From Flavobacteriales bacterium (GTDB lineage Bacteria > Bacteroidota > Bacteroidia > CAIKAF01): a stretch of 64,000 bases of DNA. Location: assembly GCA_025451235.1 (NCBI GenBank), contig JANWKT010000013.1:2260-66259 (forward strand). The letters are read 5' to 3'. The notes under the pieces were generated by a model. The model did no database searches, was not told the origin of the DNA, and saw only the letters and a list, made by a program, of their open reading frames with translations. The first letter of the stretch is position 1. Each line of letters starts with the position of its first letter. Shown here piece after piece: positions 49,564-58,592 of the stretch. Made by a program: the position numbers and the translations under genes.

Positions 49564-49590
49564 GCGAAAGGTGGACAAGCTAGCTTAAAA

Positions 49591-49668
49591 AAGACATAAG
49601 ACTCAGGACATAGGACTTAGGACCAAGGATTTCTATATCTTATGTCCTGAGTCCTATGTCCTAAATCT
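49591..49668. repeat. Inverted heptamer tandem repeat (AGGACNT-like units and their complement)
   Basis: aagacat aagactc aggacat aggactt aggacca ... cttatgt cctgagt cctatgt cctaaat. Confidence 0.85.
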
Positions 49669-49679
49669 TTAAAAATCCC

Positions 49680-49687
49680 TATCTTTG
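49680..49687 (+). promoter_or_regulatory. Bacteroidota -7 promoter box for ileS
   Basis: TATCTTTG 27 nt upstream of the ATG at 49715. Confidence 0.6.
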
Positions 49688-49714
49688 CCCCCTTATAGAA
49701 AAAATGGCCCGGCC

Positions 49715-52700
49715 ATGAGCAAAGTATATAAAGAATATAAGCAATTAAATCTTCCTGAGATCAACAAGGAAATACTGGCGTTTTGGAAAGCGAATGATAC
49801 TTTCCGGAAATCGATCAGTACCCGCGAAGGAAGAAAGGAATATACTTTTTACGAAGGCCCACCCAGTGCCAATGGCATGCCTGGGATCCACCACGTGATG
49901 GCCCGTGCTATTAAGGATATTTTTTGCAGGTTTAAAACTTTACAAGGTTATCAGGTGCAGCGTAAAGCAGGTTGGGATACCCATGGACTTCCCATTGAAC
50001 TGCAAGTTGAAAAAGAACTGGGCATTACCAAAGAAGATATTGGTACAAAGATCACAGTGGATGAGTATAACCAGGCTTGCCGTAAATCGGTGATGAGGTT
50101 TACCGATAAATGGAATGCATTAACCGAACAAATGGGATACTGGGTAGATATGAGTGATCCCTATGTTACTTACGAAAATGATTATATAGAATCTGTTTGG
50201 TGGTTGCTGAGTGAGTTTTATAAAAAAGATCTTTTATACAAGGGTTATACCATACAGCCTTATTCTCCGGCTGCCGGTACTGGTTTAAGTTCACACGAGT
50301 TGAACCAACCAGGAACTTATAAGCCGGTAAAGGATACAACCATTGTTGCGCAGTTTAGGTCAATAGAAGGACAAAAAACAAAATCAGGTAAGGAATTGCC
50401 TGGCGAAACTTTTTTTCTGGCATGGACCACTACTCCCTGGACATTGCCTTCGAATACTGCTTTGGCGGTTGGTAAAAATATAGACTATGTTTTGGTAAAA
50501 ACATTTAATCCGTATACAGGAGATCCTATACATGTAATTCTTGCGAAAGATTTGATGGGGAAATATTTTTCGGCAGATAACCAAGACCCTGTACCATTTG
50601 AATACAAGACGGGGGATAAGAAACTACCCTATACCGTTATCGATACTTTTAAAGGATCGGATATAGAGGGATTGAAATACGAACAACTACTACCATACGT
50701 TCAACCCTCGGATGGTGATGGCTTTAGGGTGGTAATTGGTGACTTTGTAAGTACTGAGGATGGTACAGGAATTGTACATATTGCTCCAAGCCATGGTGCC
50801 GACGACTTTAGAACAGCCAAGCAAAACGGCATTGGCGCAATTCTATTAGTTGATAAGCAAGGAAAATTTACTGCACAGGTAACCGATATGGCGGGTGAAT
50901 ATGTAAAGGAGGAGTATTTAAGTGAAGTGCCGAAAGATTATAAATCTGTTGATGTTCGCATTGCTATTAAATTGAAAGAAACCAACAGGGCATTTAAGGT
51001 GGAGAAGTATGAGCACACCTATCCGCATTGCTGGAGAACAGATAAGCCTATATTATATTATCCATTGGATTCGTGGTTCATTAAAACAACCGCGATCAAA
51101 CAAAAACTCATTGACCTGAATAAAACCATTAACTGGAAACCTGAATCAACAGGTACAGGCCGTTTTGGTAATTGGTTAGAGAATTTGGTGGATTGGAATT
51201 TATCACGAAGCAGGTACTGGGGAGTTCCATTACCTATTTGGAGAACGGAGGATGGTGAAGAAGAGATCTGCATCAGCAGCATTGAGCAGCTTAGGGCCGA
51301 AATAGAGAAATCCATTGCGAAGGGTTATATGAAAACAAATCCTTACGCTGGAAAAGATTTTGATGTTCATCGTCCTTATGTGGATGATGTAATCTTAGTT
51401 TCCGCTTCAGGTAAACAAATGATTCGTGAAAAAGACCTGATCGATGTTTGGTTTGATAGCGGTGCCATGCCTTATGCACAACAACATTATCCATTCGAGA
51501 ATAAAGAAATGATAGATGGGGGCAAAGCTTTTCCTGCAGATTTTATTGCGGAGGGAGTTGACCAAACCCGTGGCTGGTTCTTTACCTTACATGTAATTGC
51601 GGCAGCTATTTTTGATACGGTGGCTTATAAAACCGTAGTTTCGAACGGACTGGTATTGGACAAGGTGGGCCAGAAAATGAGTAAACGTTTGGGCAATGCA
51701 GTTGACCCGTTTATAGCGATGGATACCTATGGGGCTGATGCTTTGCGTTGGTACATGATCACCAATGCCGAACCCTGGGATAATTTAAAGTTTGATATGG
51801 ATGGAGTAGTGGAGGTGCAAAGAAAATTCTTTGGCACTTTGTACAATACCTATTCTTTCTTCACCCTTTATGCCAATGTAGATGGATTTAAAATAGACGA
51901 ACAAAACGTTACTCCTGTAAAAGACCGGCCAGAATTTGATCAATGGATCATTTCCGAATTACAGACATTGATCAAGGAAGTAACTGCACAATACGAGGAC
52001 TATAATCCAACCAAGGCCAGCCGGCCTATACAGGATTTTGTAACTGATAAATTATCCAACTGGTATGTACGCTTATCCCGCCGCAGATTCTGGAAGGGAG
52101 AAATGACCCAGGATAAAAAAGCTGCTTATGAAACCTTGTACGAATGTATGATGGTGGTGAGCCAACTCATGAGTCCGGTTGCTCCGTTCTTTGCAGAATG
52201 GATGTATAAAAACTTAAGTGACAATGTGAGGGAAATGGCGATGAAGAATGGTACACCGCTTGCTTCTGAATCAGTGCATTTAAGTGAACTCACCAAAGCA
52301 GAGGAAAATCTTATCAATAAGGAGTTAGAGAAAAGCATGGAGCTTGCACAAAGGATTACTTCATTGGTATTGTCGTTGCGTAAAAAACATAAGCTGAGGG
52401 TGAGGCAGCCCTTGCAGAAAATAATGATACCCGTATTGGATCAGGAATATAAAAGATTGATCGAAAAAGTACAGAACTTGATCCAGAGTGAGGTGAACGT
52501 AAAACAAGTAACCTATCTTGAGAATGATGATGCAGGCATCCTGGTGAAGAAAATAAAACCTGACTTTAAAAAGCTAGGCCCTAAATACGGGAAGCTCATG
52601 AAGGAGATCTCAACAGCCGTTGGGGCATTCGGACAAAATGAAATTGCAACTATTGAGCGTACGGGCACGTATGAATTGCAAATAAACAATGAGCAAGTGA

Positions 52701-53074
52701 TCTTAACAAGGGAGGATGTGGAAATTGCATCAGAAGATATTCCAGGGTGGTTAGTTGCCAATGACAATGAACTAACGGTAGCTTTGGATATTACATTGAA
52801 CGATGCATTGGTTCAGGAGGGATTGGCCAGGGATATTGTCAACAGGGTTCAAAACCTGAGAAAGGATCGCGATTACCAAATAACCGATAGAATACGGGTG
52901 AAGATCCAGGCAGTGAATGGGGTAGAAGAGGCGGTAAAAAACAATATGAACTATATTTGTAGCGAGGTTTTAGCTGATAAACTGGAAGTTATGGAAAAAC
53001 TAGATGTGGCCTCAGCTGTTGAAATCGAGTTAGAAGATAATTTAAAAACCATGATAGAAGTATCATTAGTTTAA
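49715..53074 (+). CDS. ileS: Isoleucine--tRNA ligase, type 2
   Basis: EGPPSANG, GIHH, GWDTHGLP, WTTTPWT, GTGIVH, DWNLSR, EGVDQTRGWF and KMSKR motifs. Confidence 0.97.
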   Translation: MSKVYKEYKQLNLPEINKEILAFWKANDTFRKSISTREGRKEYTFYEGPPSANGMPGIHHVMARAIKDIFCRFKTLQGYQVQRKAGWDTHGLPIELQVEKELGITKEDIGTKITVDEYNQACRKSVMRFTDKWNALTEQMGYWVDMSDPYVTYENDYIESVWWLLSEFYKKDLLYKGYTIQPYSPAAGTGLSSHELNQPGTYKPVKDTTIVAQFRSIEGQKTKSGKELPGETFFLAWTTTPWTLPSNTALAVGKNIDYVLVKTFNPYTGDPIHVILAKDLMGKYFSADNQDPVPFEYKTGDKKLPYTVIDTFKGSDIEGLKYEQLLPYVQPSDGDGFRVVIGDFVSTEDGTGIVHIAPSHGADDFRTAKQNGIGAILLVDKQGKFTAQVTDMAGEYVKEEYLSEVPKDYKSVDVRIAIKLKETNRAFKVEKYEHTYPHCWRTDKPILYYPLDSWFIKTTAIKQKLIDLNKTINWKPESTGTGRFGNWLENLVDWNLSRSRYWGVPLPIWRTEDGEEEICISSIEQLRAEIEKSIAKGYMKTNPYAGKDFDVHRPYVDDVILVSASGKQMIREKDLIDVWFDSGAMPYAQQHYPFENKEMIDGGKAFPADFIAEGVDQTRGWFFTLHVIAAAIFDTVAYKTVVSNGLVLDKVGQKMSKRLGNAVDPFIAMDTYGADALRWYMITNAEPWDNLKFDMDGVVEVQRKFFGTLYNTYSFFTLYANVDGFKIDEQNVTPVKDRPEFDQWIISELQTLIKEVTAQYEDYNPTKASRPIQDFVTDKLSNWYVRLSRRRFWKGEMTQDKKAAYETLYECMMVVSQLMSPVAPFFAEWMYKNLSDNVREMAMKNGTPLASESVHLSELTKAEENLINKELEKSMELAQRITSLVLSLRKKHKLRVRQPLQKIMIPVLDQEYKRLIEKVQNLIQSEVNVKQVTYLENDDAGILVKKIKPDFKKLGPKYGKLMKEISTAVGAFGQNEIATIERTGTYELQINNEQVILTREDVEIASEDIPGWLVANDNELTVALDITLNDALVQEGLARDIVNRVQNLRKDRDYQITDRIRVKIQAVNGVEEAVKNNMNYICSEVLADKLEVMEKLDVASAVEIELEDNLKTMIEVSLV

Positions 53075-53078
53075 TAAT

Positions 53079-53140
53079 TTTGCCCGTCTGAACGCGGTCA
53101 TCTGTACGAATCCGTCGGATGTATTGGTCAACCGGGCAAA
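53079..53140. repeat. Palindromic intergenic element related to the insert at 37261-37287
   Basis: TTTGCCCG...CGGGCAAA ends; CCCGTCTGAA compared with CCCGCCTGAA; central ATCCGTCGGAT. Confidence 0.6.
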
Positions 53141-53175
53141 CAAACACAACACATTAACCCGAAAAAAGAGAAACT

Positions 53176-53613
53176 ATGGCAAAGGCAAAAACCACAGCGA
53201 AAACAAAAGCCACCTCTGCGAAAGCAGCAGGCCAATTAAGATATTCTGATGATGAATTGGACGAATTCAGAGACCTGATCCAGAAAAAACTGGACAAAGC
53301 TAAGAAGGAACTTGAAATCCTTACCGATGCTTTTTCGCATAAAGACGGAAATAATACGGATGATACTTCTCCTACTTTTAAACTCATGGAAGACGGAGCA
53401 GAGATCACTTCAAAAGAAGAGATCGGTCAACTGGCTGCCCGCCAGAAAAAATTCATAGAAAACCTGGAACTGGCCTTATTAAGGATCCAGAATAAAACCT
53501 ATGGTATTTGCAGGGTTACAGGAAAACTGATCCCTAAAGAGAGGTTACGTGCAGTACCTCATGCTACCTTGAGCATGGAAGCTAAATTACAGCAGAACTC
53601 TAACAAAGACTAA
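53176..53613 (+). CDS. TraR/DksA family transcription factor (non-zinc type)
   Basis: RYSDDEL, YGICRVTGKLIPKERLRAVPHATLS. Confidence 0.92.
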   Translation: MAKAKTTAKTKATSAKAAGQLRYSDDELDEFRDLIQKKLDKAKKELEILTDAFSHKDGNNTDDTSPTFKLMEDGAEITSKEEIGQLAARQKKFIENLELALLRIQNKTYGICRVTGKLIPKERLRAVPHATLSMEAKLQQNSNKD

Positions 53614-53632
53614 TACATAAGCGCTCCTACGG

Positions 53633-54298
53633 ATGTTAAAAAGAGCATTGATCATTATTTTATCTGCCTTATGTATTGACCAGATCATTAAGATCTGGAT
53701 CAAAACAACCATGCCCCTGGAGCACAATACCAAGGTATTGGGTAAATACCTGCAACTTTATTTTATTGAGAACAATGGAATGGCCTTCGGCATGCAATGG
53801 GGAGGAGATTCGGGAAAGATATTTCTAACCGTGTTCCGGATTGTTGCCTGTATCTTGATCGCATGGTTCTTGTACGATCTTTCTAAAAAATCTACGGATA
53901 AATTTAAAATGACCGTTTTTGCCTTAATATTTGCAGGAGCTGCAGGTAATACCATTGATTGTATTTTTTATGGAGAAATATTTTCTGCCAGCAGATACAA
54001 TACAGTGGCTACCTTATTCCCTGCAGATGGAGGATATACAGGACTGTTCAAGGGCAAGGTGGTGGATATGTTCTATTGCGAATTGTGGGACATCAAGCAA
54101 AGTGATGCCTCCTGGTTACCGGGATTTCTCTTTCAGCCCGGGATGGATGGTGAACGTCATTGGATCTTTTTTCGTCCAATCTTTAATTTTGCAGACTCCT
54201 GCATTTCAGTGGGTGTTGTAATGCTCATTATCTGGAACAAAAGATTTTTTGGAAAAAAAACCAATCCGAAGGCTGAAACCGACCCCATAGAAATCTAA
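53633..54298 (+). CDS. lspA: Lipoprotein signal peptidase II
   Basis: ENNGMAFG, GAAGNTID, GKVVDM and IFNFADS motifs. Confidence 0.95.
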   Translation: MLKRALIIILSALCIDQIIKIWIKTTMPLEHNTKVLGKYLQLYFIENNGMAFGMQWGGDSGKIFLTVFRIVACILIAWFLYDLSKKSTDKFKMTVFALIFAGAAGNTIDCIFYGEIFSASRYNTVATLFPADGGYTGLFKGKVVDMFYCELWDIKQSDASWLPGFLFQPGMDGERHWIFFRPIFNFADSCISVGVVMLIIWNKRFFGKKTNPKAETDPIEI

Positions 54299-54741
54299 GT
54301 ATTCGCTGGTGGTGCTGGGTTTTGCCAATTCGGTGTTAAAGAATTGGAACTGTCTTTCTTAATAGGGATCCCGCCCGGACCAATATATTGTACTTTTTTA
54401 CTGAAAGCGAGCATAGGAAAAAAAACGATGCTTAAAAAAAACAATCCTACGCCAAATCCCTCATCTTTCCCAAAACTTTTGGCCACAGCCATATAAGTTA
54501 CAATTTTTGCATAAATACTGATGAATGGAATAAAGTGCAATACAAAAGTGGTAATATCCTTTCCGGCGATCTCGCAAGCAAGCACATATACACGATAGCC
54601 AGGAATAATACCTTTCCAACCTTCATATCCTGCCTTTTCGAAAAGTTTCCACCTCACAATAGACATGAAGATCCAAACAGGGATCAATATCATCAGCTCA
54701 CAGAGAACTGCAATTAATGGGAGGGCCGCGCTATCGTCCAT
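54295..54741 (-). CDS. DUF5684-like membrane protein
   Basis: WKLFEKAG..GWKGIIP and AKSFGKDEGFGVGL motifs. Confidence 0.8.
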   Translation of the reverse strand: MDDSAALPLIAVLCELMILIPVWIFMSIVRWKLFEKAGYEGWKGIIPGYRVYVLACEIAGKDITTFVLHFIPFISIYAKIVTYMAVAKSFGKDEGFGVGLFFLSIVFFPMLAFSKKVQYIGPGGIPIKKDSSNSLTPNWQNPAPPANT

Positions 54742-54800
54742 AATGAATAAGTAATTGAGGTTTTAAAAATATACATTATTTATAGATCTTCCATTTTTTA

Positions 54801-56510
54801 CTATCTAAAGGTATAATCAACTCCGGTTACTTGCGACAATAAAGTTTCGGGAGCATCTAATATTTGTGCATTTTTTGAAGGAACCGGTGTAACCGGTGAA
54901 TTGGCAGCAAGATATTCTAATAAGACCTCATGTATCGTAGTACTTGTATTCTGAGCATCGGCCACCCCTTTTATCCGGCAAAGCATATCCAAAGGATCAC
55001 CATCCCGTTCACAGGATAAAATGGAATACTGCTTTTTCAGGTCAATGGATTCGCCTTTACATGTGATGCTTTTTACCCTAGATCCCATTGGTGCAAAAGC
55101 ATGAAAACCTACTTCCATTCCTTTAAATTTAACCATCCATCCACCAATTCGCTTGGAGGCATCTTTGGCAAATACGTTGTTCAACTCTTTCTCCAGCCAT
55201 TCACCTATTTGCAGACCTGTTACCTTGGCTGTTCTTAGCACATGATCTACTGGTAACATATCAAATATAAAACCATTTGTAATAGGGATATTTCCGCTAC
55301 TATCTGGTGTTGCACGAGGAGGGCAGAACCTGAACCCATTTACCAAGGCAATGTCTATTTCCGGAAATTTCCATTTCATGGCATTTAATATCAACGTATC
55401 GATAGGATTTTCTACCACAAAGTACCGATATAACGGAATGGTACTATAACCTACTACGGTATTGATATGTTCTTTATAAGTAGATTCTTTTTCTTCCAAT
55501 AGCTCCTGAATTTTACCATCTGACTTTATTTGAGAAGTGGTTACTTCTAACAACTCATATTCATCTTTTGTTATTATTCCATTTTCTATGGTTAAATCCA
55601 ATTTACCTATGAACGAGCCAAATGCACCGGGCTCCACTACCTTTGCATATTTACATTCTATAGGTTTGCGAACTCTTTCGTGAGTATCGCCACCAAGGAT
55701 ATAATTAACACCATCACATTCGGGCATATTGGCCAAAGCAATTTGTTGTGATAAACCTAAATGGGCAATGATGATAACGAAACTGCATTGTTCCTGATTC
55801 TTTAACACATCCACGTAATGAGCTAAATTTTCCTCTGGTTTTGTATAAAGGATTCCTTTGCTATAGCTGGGGTTTTGGCGGGTAGGCACCCAAGGGTCGG
55901 TATAACCCAAAAAACCAATCTTCGCTCCGGCAACATTCCAAATAGTATATGGCTGGAAGATCAATTCGCCCTTTTTACCCTCTCCCAGATCATGGTACAT
56001 ATTAGCGCAAATTTTGGGGGCATTCAACGATCCCAATAATGTTTGCATGTTTTTTTTACCAAACACTACTTCCCAATTACCTGGCAAGTACAAATCGTAG
56101 TTCAAAGCATTTAAAATAGGAACGAAAGCTCTTCCGGTGGTTTTTACACTTAGTTCACTTCCCTGGAACATATCACCAGTATCAATAATAAAGGTATTTG
56201 GGTTTTTCTTTTTTAGCTTTTGTAACATGGATGCGATATATGCATAGCCGCCTGTTTTGCGAAAAACAGCCTGGTTATTTTCCCAGAATAATTCATCGTG
56301 AGGGTGAATTTGGCAATGAACGTCGGTCGTTTGAAGGATGCTTACCGTGGTTGACTTTGAATTCAAGGTATCATCCTTGTTCTCTTCATTTTCAGAGGCC
56401 AACATTTCATGGCTGTCACCAGTCATGCCTGACAAGGGTGAAACAATTGCAGCACCAGCCCCTAGCGCAGCGATCGATTTGATAAAATTTCTTCTGCTCT
56501 TCTTTTTCAT
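54801..56510 (-). CDS. Tat-exported SoxB-like metallophosphoesterase/5'-nucleotidase-family hydrolase
   Basis: SRRNFIK Tat motif; TDVH, DTGD, GNWE, AHLG, GGDTHE, GFRF and IGGWMV motifs, which are closer to the SoxB pattern (GHWE, GGHTH, GFRW, GGDMV) than to UshA (GNHE). Confidence 0.78.
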   Translation of the reverse strand: MKKKSRRNFIKSIAALGAGAAIVSPLSGMTGDSHEMLASENEENKDDTLNSKSTTVSILQTTDVHCQIHPHDELFWENNQAVFRKTGGYAYIASMLQKLKKKNPNTFIIDTGDMFQGSELSVKTTGRAFVPILNALNYDLYLPGNWEVVFGKKNMQTLLGSLNAPKICANMYHDLGEGKKGELIFQPYTIWNVAGAKIGFLGYTDPWVPTRQNPSYSKGILYTKPEENLAHYVDVLKNQEQCSFVIIIAHLGLSQQIALANMPECDGVNYILGGDTHERVRKPIECKYAKVVEPGAFGSFIGKLDLTIENGIITKDEYELLEVTTSQIKSDGKIQELLEEKESTYKEHINTVVGYSTIPLYRYFVVENPIDTLILNAMKWKFPEIDIALVNGFRFCPPRATPDSSGNIPITNGFIFDMLPVDHVLRTAKVTGLQIGEWLEKELNNVFAKDASKRIGGWMVKFKGMEVGFHAFAPMGSRVKSITCKGESIDLKKQYSILSCERDGDPLDMLCRIKGVADAQNTSTTIHEVLLEYLAANSPVTPVPSKNAQILDAPETLLSQVTGVDYTFR

Positions 56511-56519
56511 TCTTAATAA

Positions 56520-56939
56520 CTAAAAGCCTCCTTTTATATAACTCCAGCCTTCTTCTTGCCTTTCAACAATTTCCGCTATGCCTGCGGGTACAATTTCCGC
56601 TTCCGGCAACAAATCTTCTGCTTTAATACTTCGTTGGGTCATGGTATTTTGACAAGCTACAAACTTAACTCCCTTTTTTTTCAATTCCATAATGGCCTTT
56701 ACATGCTTCGACTTAGTGGTGAGCAAATAATCTATTCCATTGTTATAGCATACCACCTCAATTTGAGCACTTGGCCAATGATCCGTAATGTTTTGCAATT
56801 GCTTTGTAAAAGCTTTTTGCTGCATACTATCATTCGCATTGGTAAATTGAAATACTATTTTATGCTGAGTTGTTTGAGCAAATGTAGTTGTTACAATACT
56901 CATGAAAATAACCAGTGACCATAATTTTAATTGGCTCAT
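56520..56939 (-). CDS. Exported DsrE/DsrF-like sulfur-relay family protein
   Basis: Signal peptide ending TTFAQ; HKIVFQ, IEVVCY, FVACQNTM (conserved Cys) and VPAGIAEIVERQEEGWSYIK motifs. Confidence 0.88.
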   Translation of the reverse strand: MSQLKLWSLVIFMSIVTTTFAQTTQHKIVFQFTNANDSMQQKAFTKQLQNITDHWPSAQIEVVCYNNGIDYLLTTKSKHVKAIMELKKKGVKFVACQNTMTQRSIKAEDLLPEAEIVPAGIAEIVERQEEGWSYIKGGF

Positions 56940-56946
56940 ATATGTA

Positions 56947-58053
56947 CTATTTTGATTTTTCGTTTTTTTTCTTTTCATCTGCAATGAGTTGGAACGGTCC
57001 AAATTTATGCTGTTCTTCCGAGAATTTGTCGGCATAAGGGCCAAATGGATGGTCAACCGGCTTTTCGGCTATGTTAGGCCAATCGGCACTTAGGTTTTTT
57101 GATGGCCTGGGTTGAGAATTAATGAAAGCGGCTAAATCCCATGCTTCTTCATCACTCAACAATGGGTTTTGAAAGGTGGCTCCCTGAGGCATATTGTATT
57201 TGATAAAACCCGCAAAACGACTCATGCGATATAATCCGGCACCATGGTTATACGAATTTTTACCCCAGAGAGGAGGATAGGTATATTCAATTTTATCTGC
57301 TGCCAATAAACCTTCTCCATTTGCCTGATGACAACTCTGACATTTTACCACAAATAATTCTTTGCCTTTTACAGGATCGGCGGGCCTATCTAAATAAGGA
57401 AGTTCAAATATCCCCGACCCTTTCGGTTTTTCTCCTTTTTTTACGTCTTTACCAATAAACTCAATATACGACTTGATGGCTTGCATCTCTTTACTATCTA
57501 AGGCCAAGGCTGTGCCATTGAGGCTTCGCTCTATACAGTCGTTGATGCGCTTGTAGATATCTTCTTCTTTACCACTCCTTGCCCTGTATTTTGGATAAGT
57601 GGAAAACACAGCTCCGTAATTGTTGCCCCATGCTTTTGTTCCTGCTTCTAAATGGCAATTTTGGCAATTCATTCCATTTGTTATTTTCGCCACGCTACCA
57701 TTTGGACCTAAATATTTTGCGGTATGTGCTATTAATTCTTGGCCATACTCAATTTGCGATTTGATATTGCTATCGGGTGGAATGGAATTGATATCAGCGG
57801 CGGACCAATAGGTGCTTAATTCTTCCTTTAGCTTTTTTTCGTTTTGCCATTTTTCGTACTCTATTTTTTTATTTTGTTCAGCATGAATTTCTGATTTGCT
57901 TTTTTTGAACAATGCGGTGAGATCTGGTTGGTAAATAGCAAAAAGGGTAATGATGATCATGCTAAAAAGCATGAGAGCAATGACTCCCACCAATCGACGA
58001 ATGCTTTTTACTAAGCTATCAATGATGATCTTGTCCTTTTCTTTTTCCTCCAT
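56947..58053 (-). CDS. tsdA: Diheme cytochrome c, thiosulfate dehydrogenase/tetrathionate reductase family
   Basis: CQNCH and CQSCH heme motifs; YPKYRAR; RINDCIERSLNG with the active-site Cys; PPLWG..SYN.GAG; NMP; N-terminal TM anchor. Confidence 0.88.
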   Translation of the reverse strand: MEEKEKDKIIIDSLVKSIRRLVGVIALMLFSMIIITLFAIYQPDLTALFKKSKSEIHAEQNKKIEYEKWQNEKKLKEELSTYWSAADINSIPPDSNIKSQIEYGQELIAHTAKYLGPNGSVAKITNGMNCQNCHLEAGTKAWGNNYGAVFSTYPKYRARSGKEEDIYKRINDCIERSLNGTALALDSKEMQAIKSYIEFIGKDVKKGEKPKGSGIFELPYLDRPADPVKGKELFVVKCQSCHQANGEGLLAADKIEYTYPPLWGKNSYNHGAGLYRMSRFAGFIKYNMPQGATFQNPLLSDEEAWDLAAFINSQPRPSKNLSADWPNIAEKPVDHPFGPYADKFSEEQHKFGPFQLIADEKKKNEKSK

Positions 58054-58192
58054 ACTTTCTTTGGTGCGGTAGCTCCCCTAAAATATAGGTTCACTCGCCA
58101 GGGATAGTGTTAAGTAAAAATAAGTAAAAAGATGAAGCCCTCGTCCAAAAACAGATCAGAAAATGTTCAAGATGACTTGGTGAGATAGAGGG

Positions 58193-58528
58193 CTATTTTG
58201 TGATCCCCGATTTTTTTGCAAAGAAGGCAGCAAAGTCCTGCATATCCTGCGCCAGCTCCTGATCGTTGGTAGCCCTTACCATGGCCTCACTCATGGAGAT
58301 GATGTTCTGATATACGAAGTAATACATTTCTTCTACCATCAGATCTTTGTTCCACAGATCAATACGCATAGAATTGTTTTCCTTTACATCCCAAAAGCTC
58401 AACATCATGGCTTTTACTTCGCGGTCTTGTTGAATGCCGCTATCGGTTGCGATCCAGCTCAATCTTTCCGGATTGTTGTTTTCATCGCTACCTATTTTAA
58501 TATTGATCTCTGATTCTTTTTTTACCAT
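58193..58528 (-). CDS. gldC: Gliding motility protein GldC
   Basis: DENNNPE..W.A, KAMMLSFWD and RIDLW motifs; directly downstream of gldB. Confidence 0.9.
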   Translation of the reverse strand: MVKKESEINIKIGSDENNNPERLSWIATDSGIQQDREVKAMMLSFWDVKENNSMRIDLWNKDLMVEEMYYFVYQNIISMSEAMVRATNDQELAQDMQDFAAFFAKKSGITK

Positions 58529-58536
58529 GTTCTTTC

Positions 58537-58592
58537 TGTTATTCGTTATCCGTTAACCGTTATCCATGAACGAATATCAGTTAACGAATAAC
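58537..58592. repeat. Inverted heptamer tandem repeat (CGTTATC units) between gldB and gldC
   Basis: tgttatt cgttatc cgttaac cgttatc ... aacgaat atcagtt aacgaat aac. Confidence 0.7.

Noticed and set aside
49560-49585. T-box riboswitch upstream of ileS (AAAGGTGG)
   Set aside because: It lacks the following NACC and a terminator, lies upstream of the predicted promoter, and T-boxes are not typical of Bacteroidota.
56947-58053. SoxA call
   Set aside because: The order of heme motifs and the RINDCIERS / PPLWG..SYN.GAG motifs fit TsdA, and no soxX is present.
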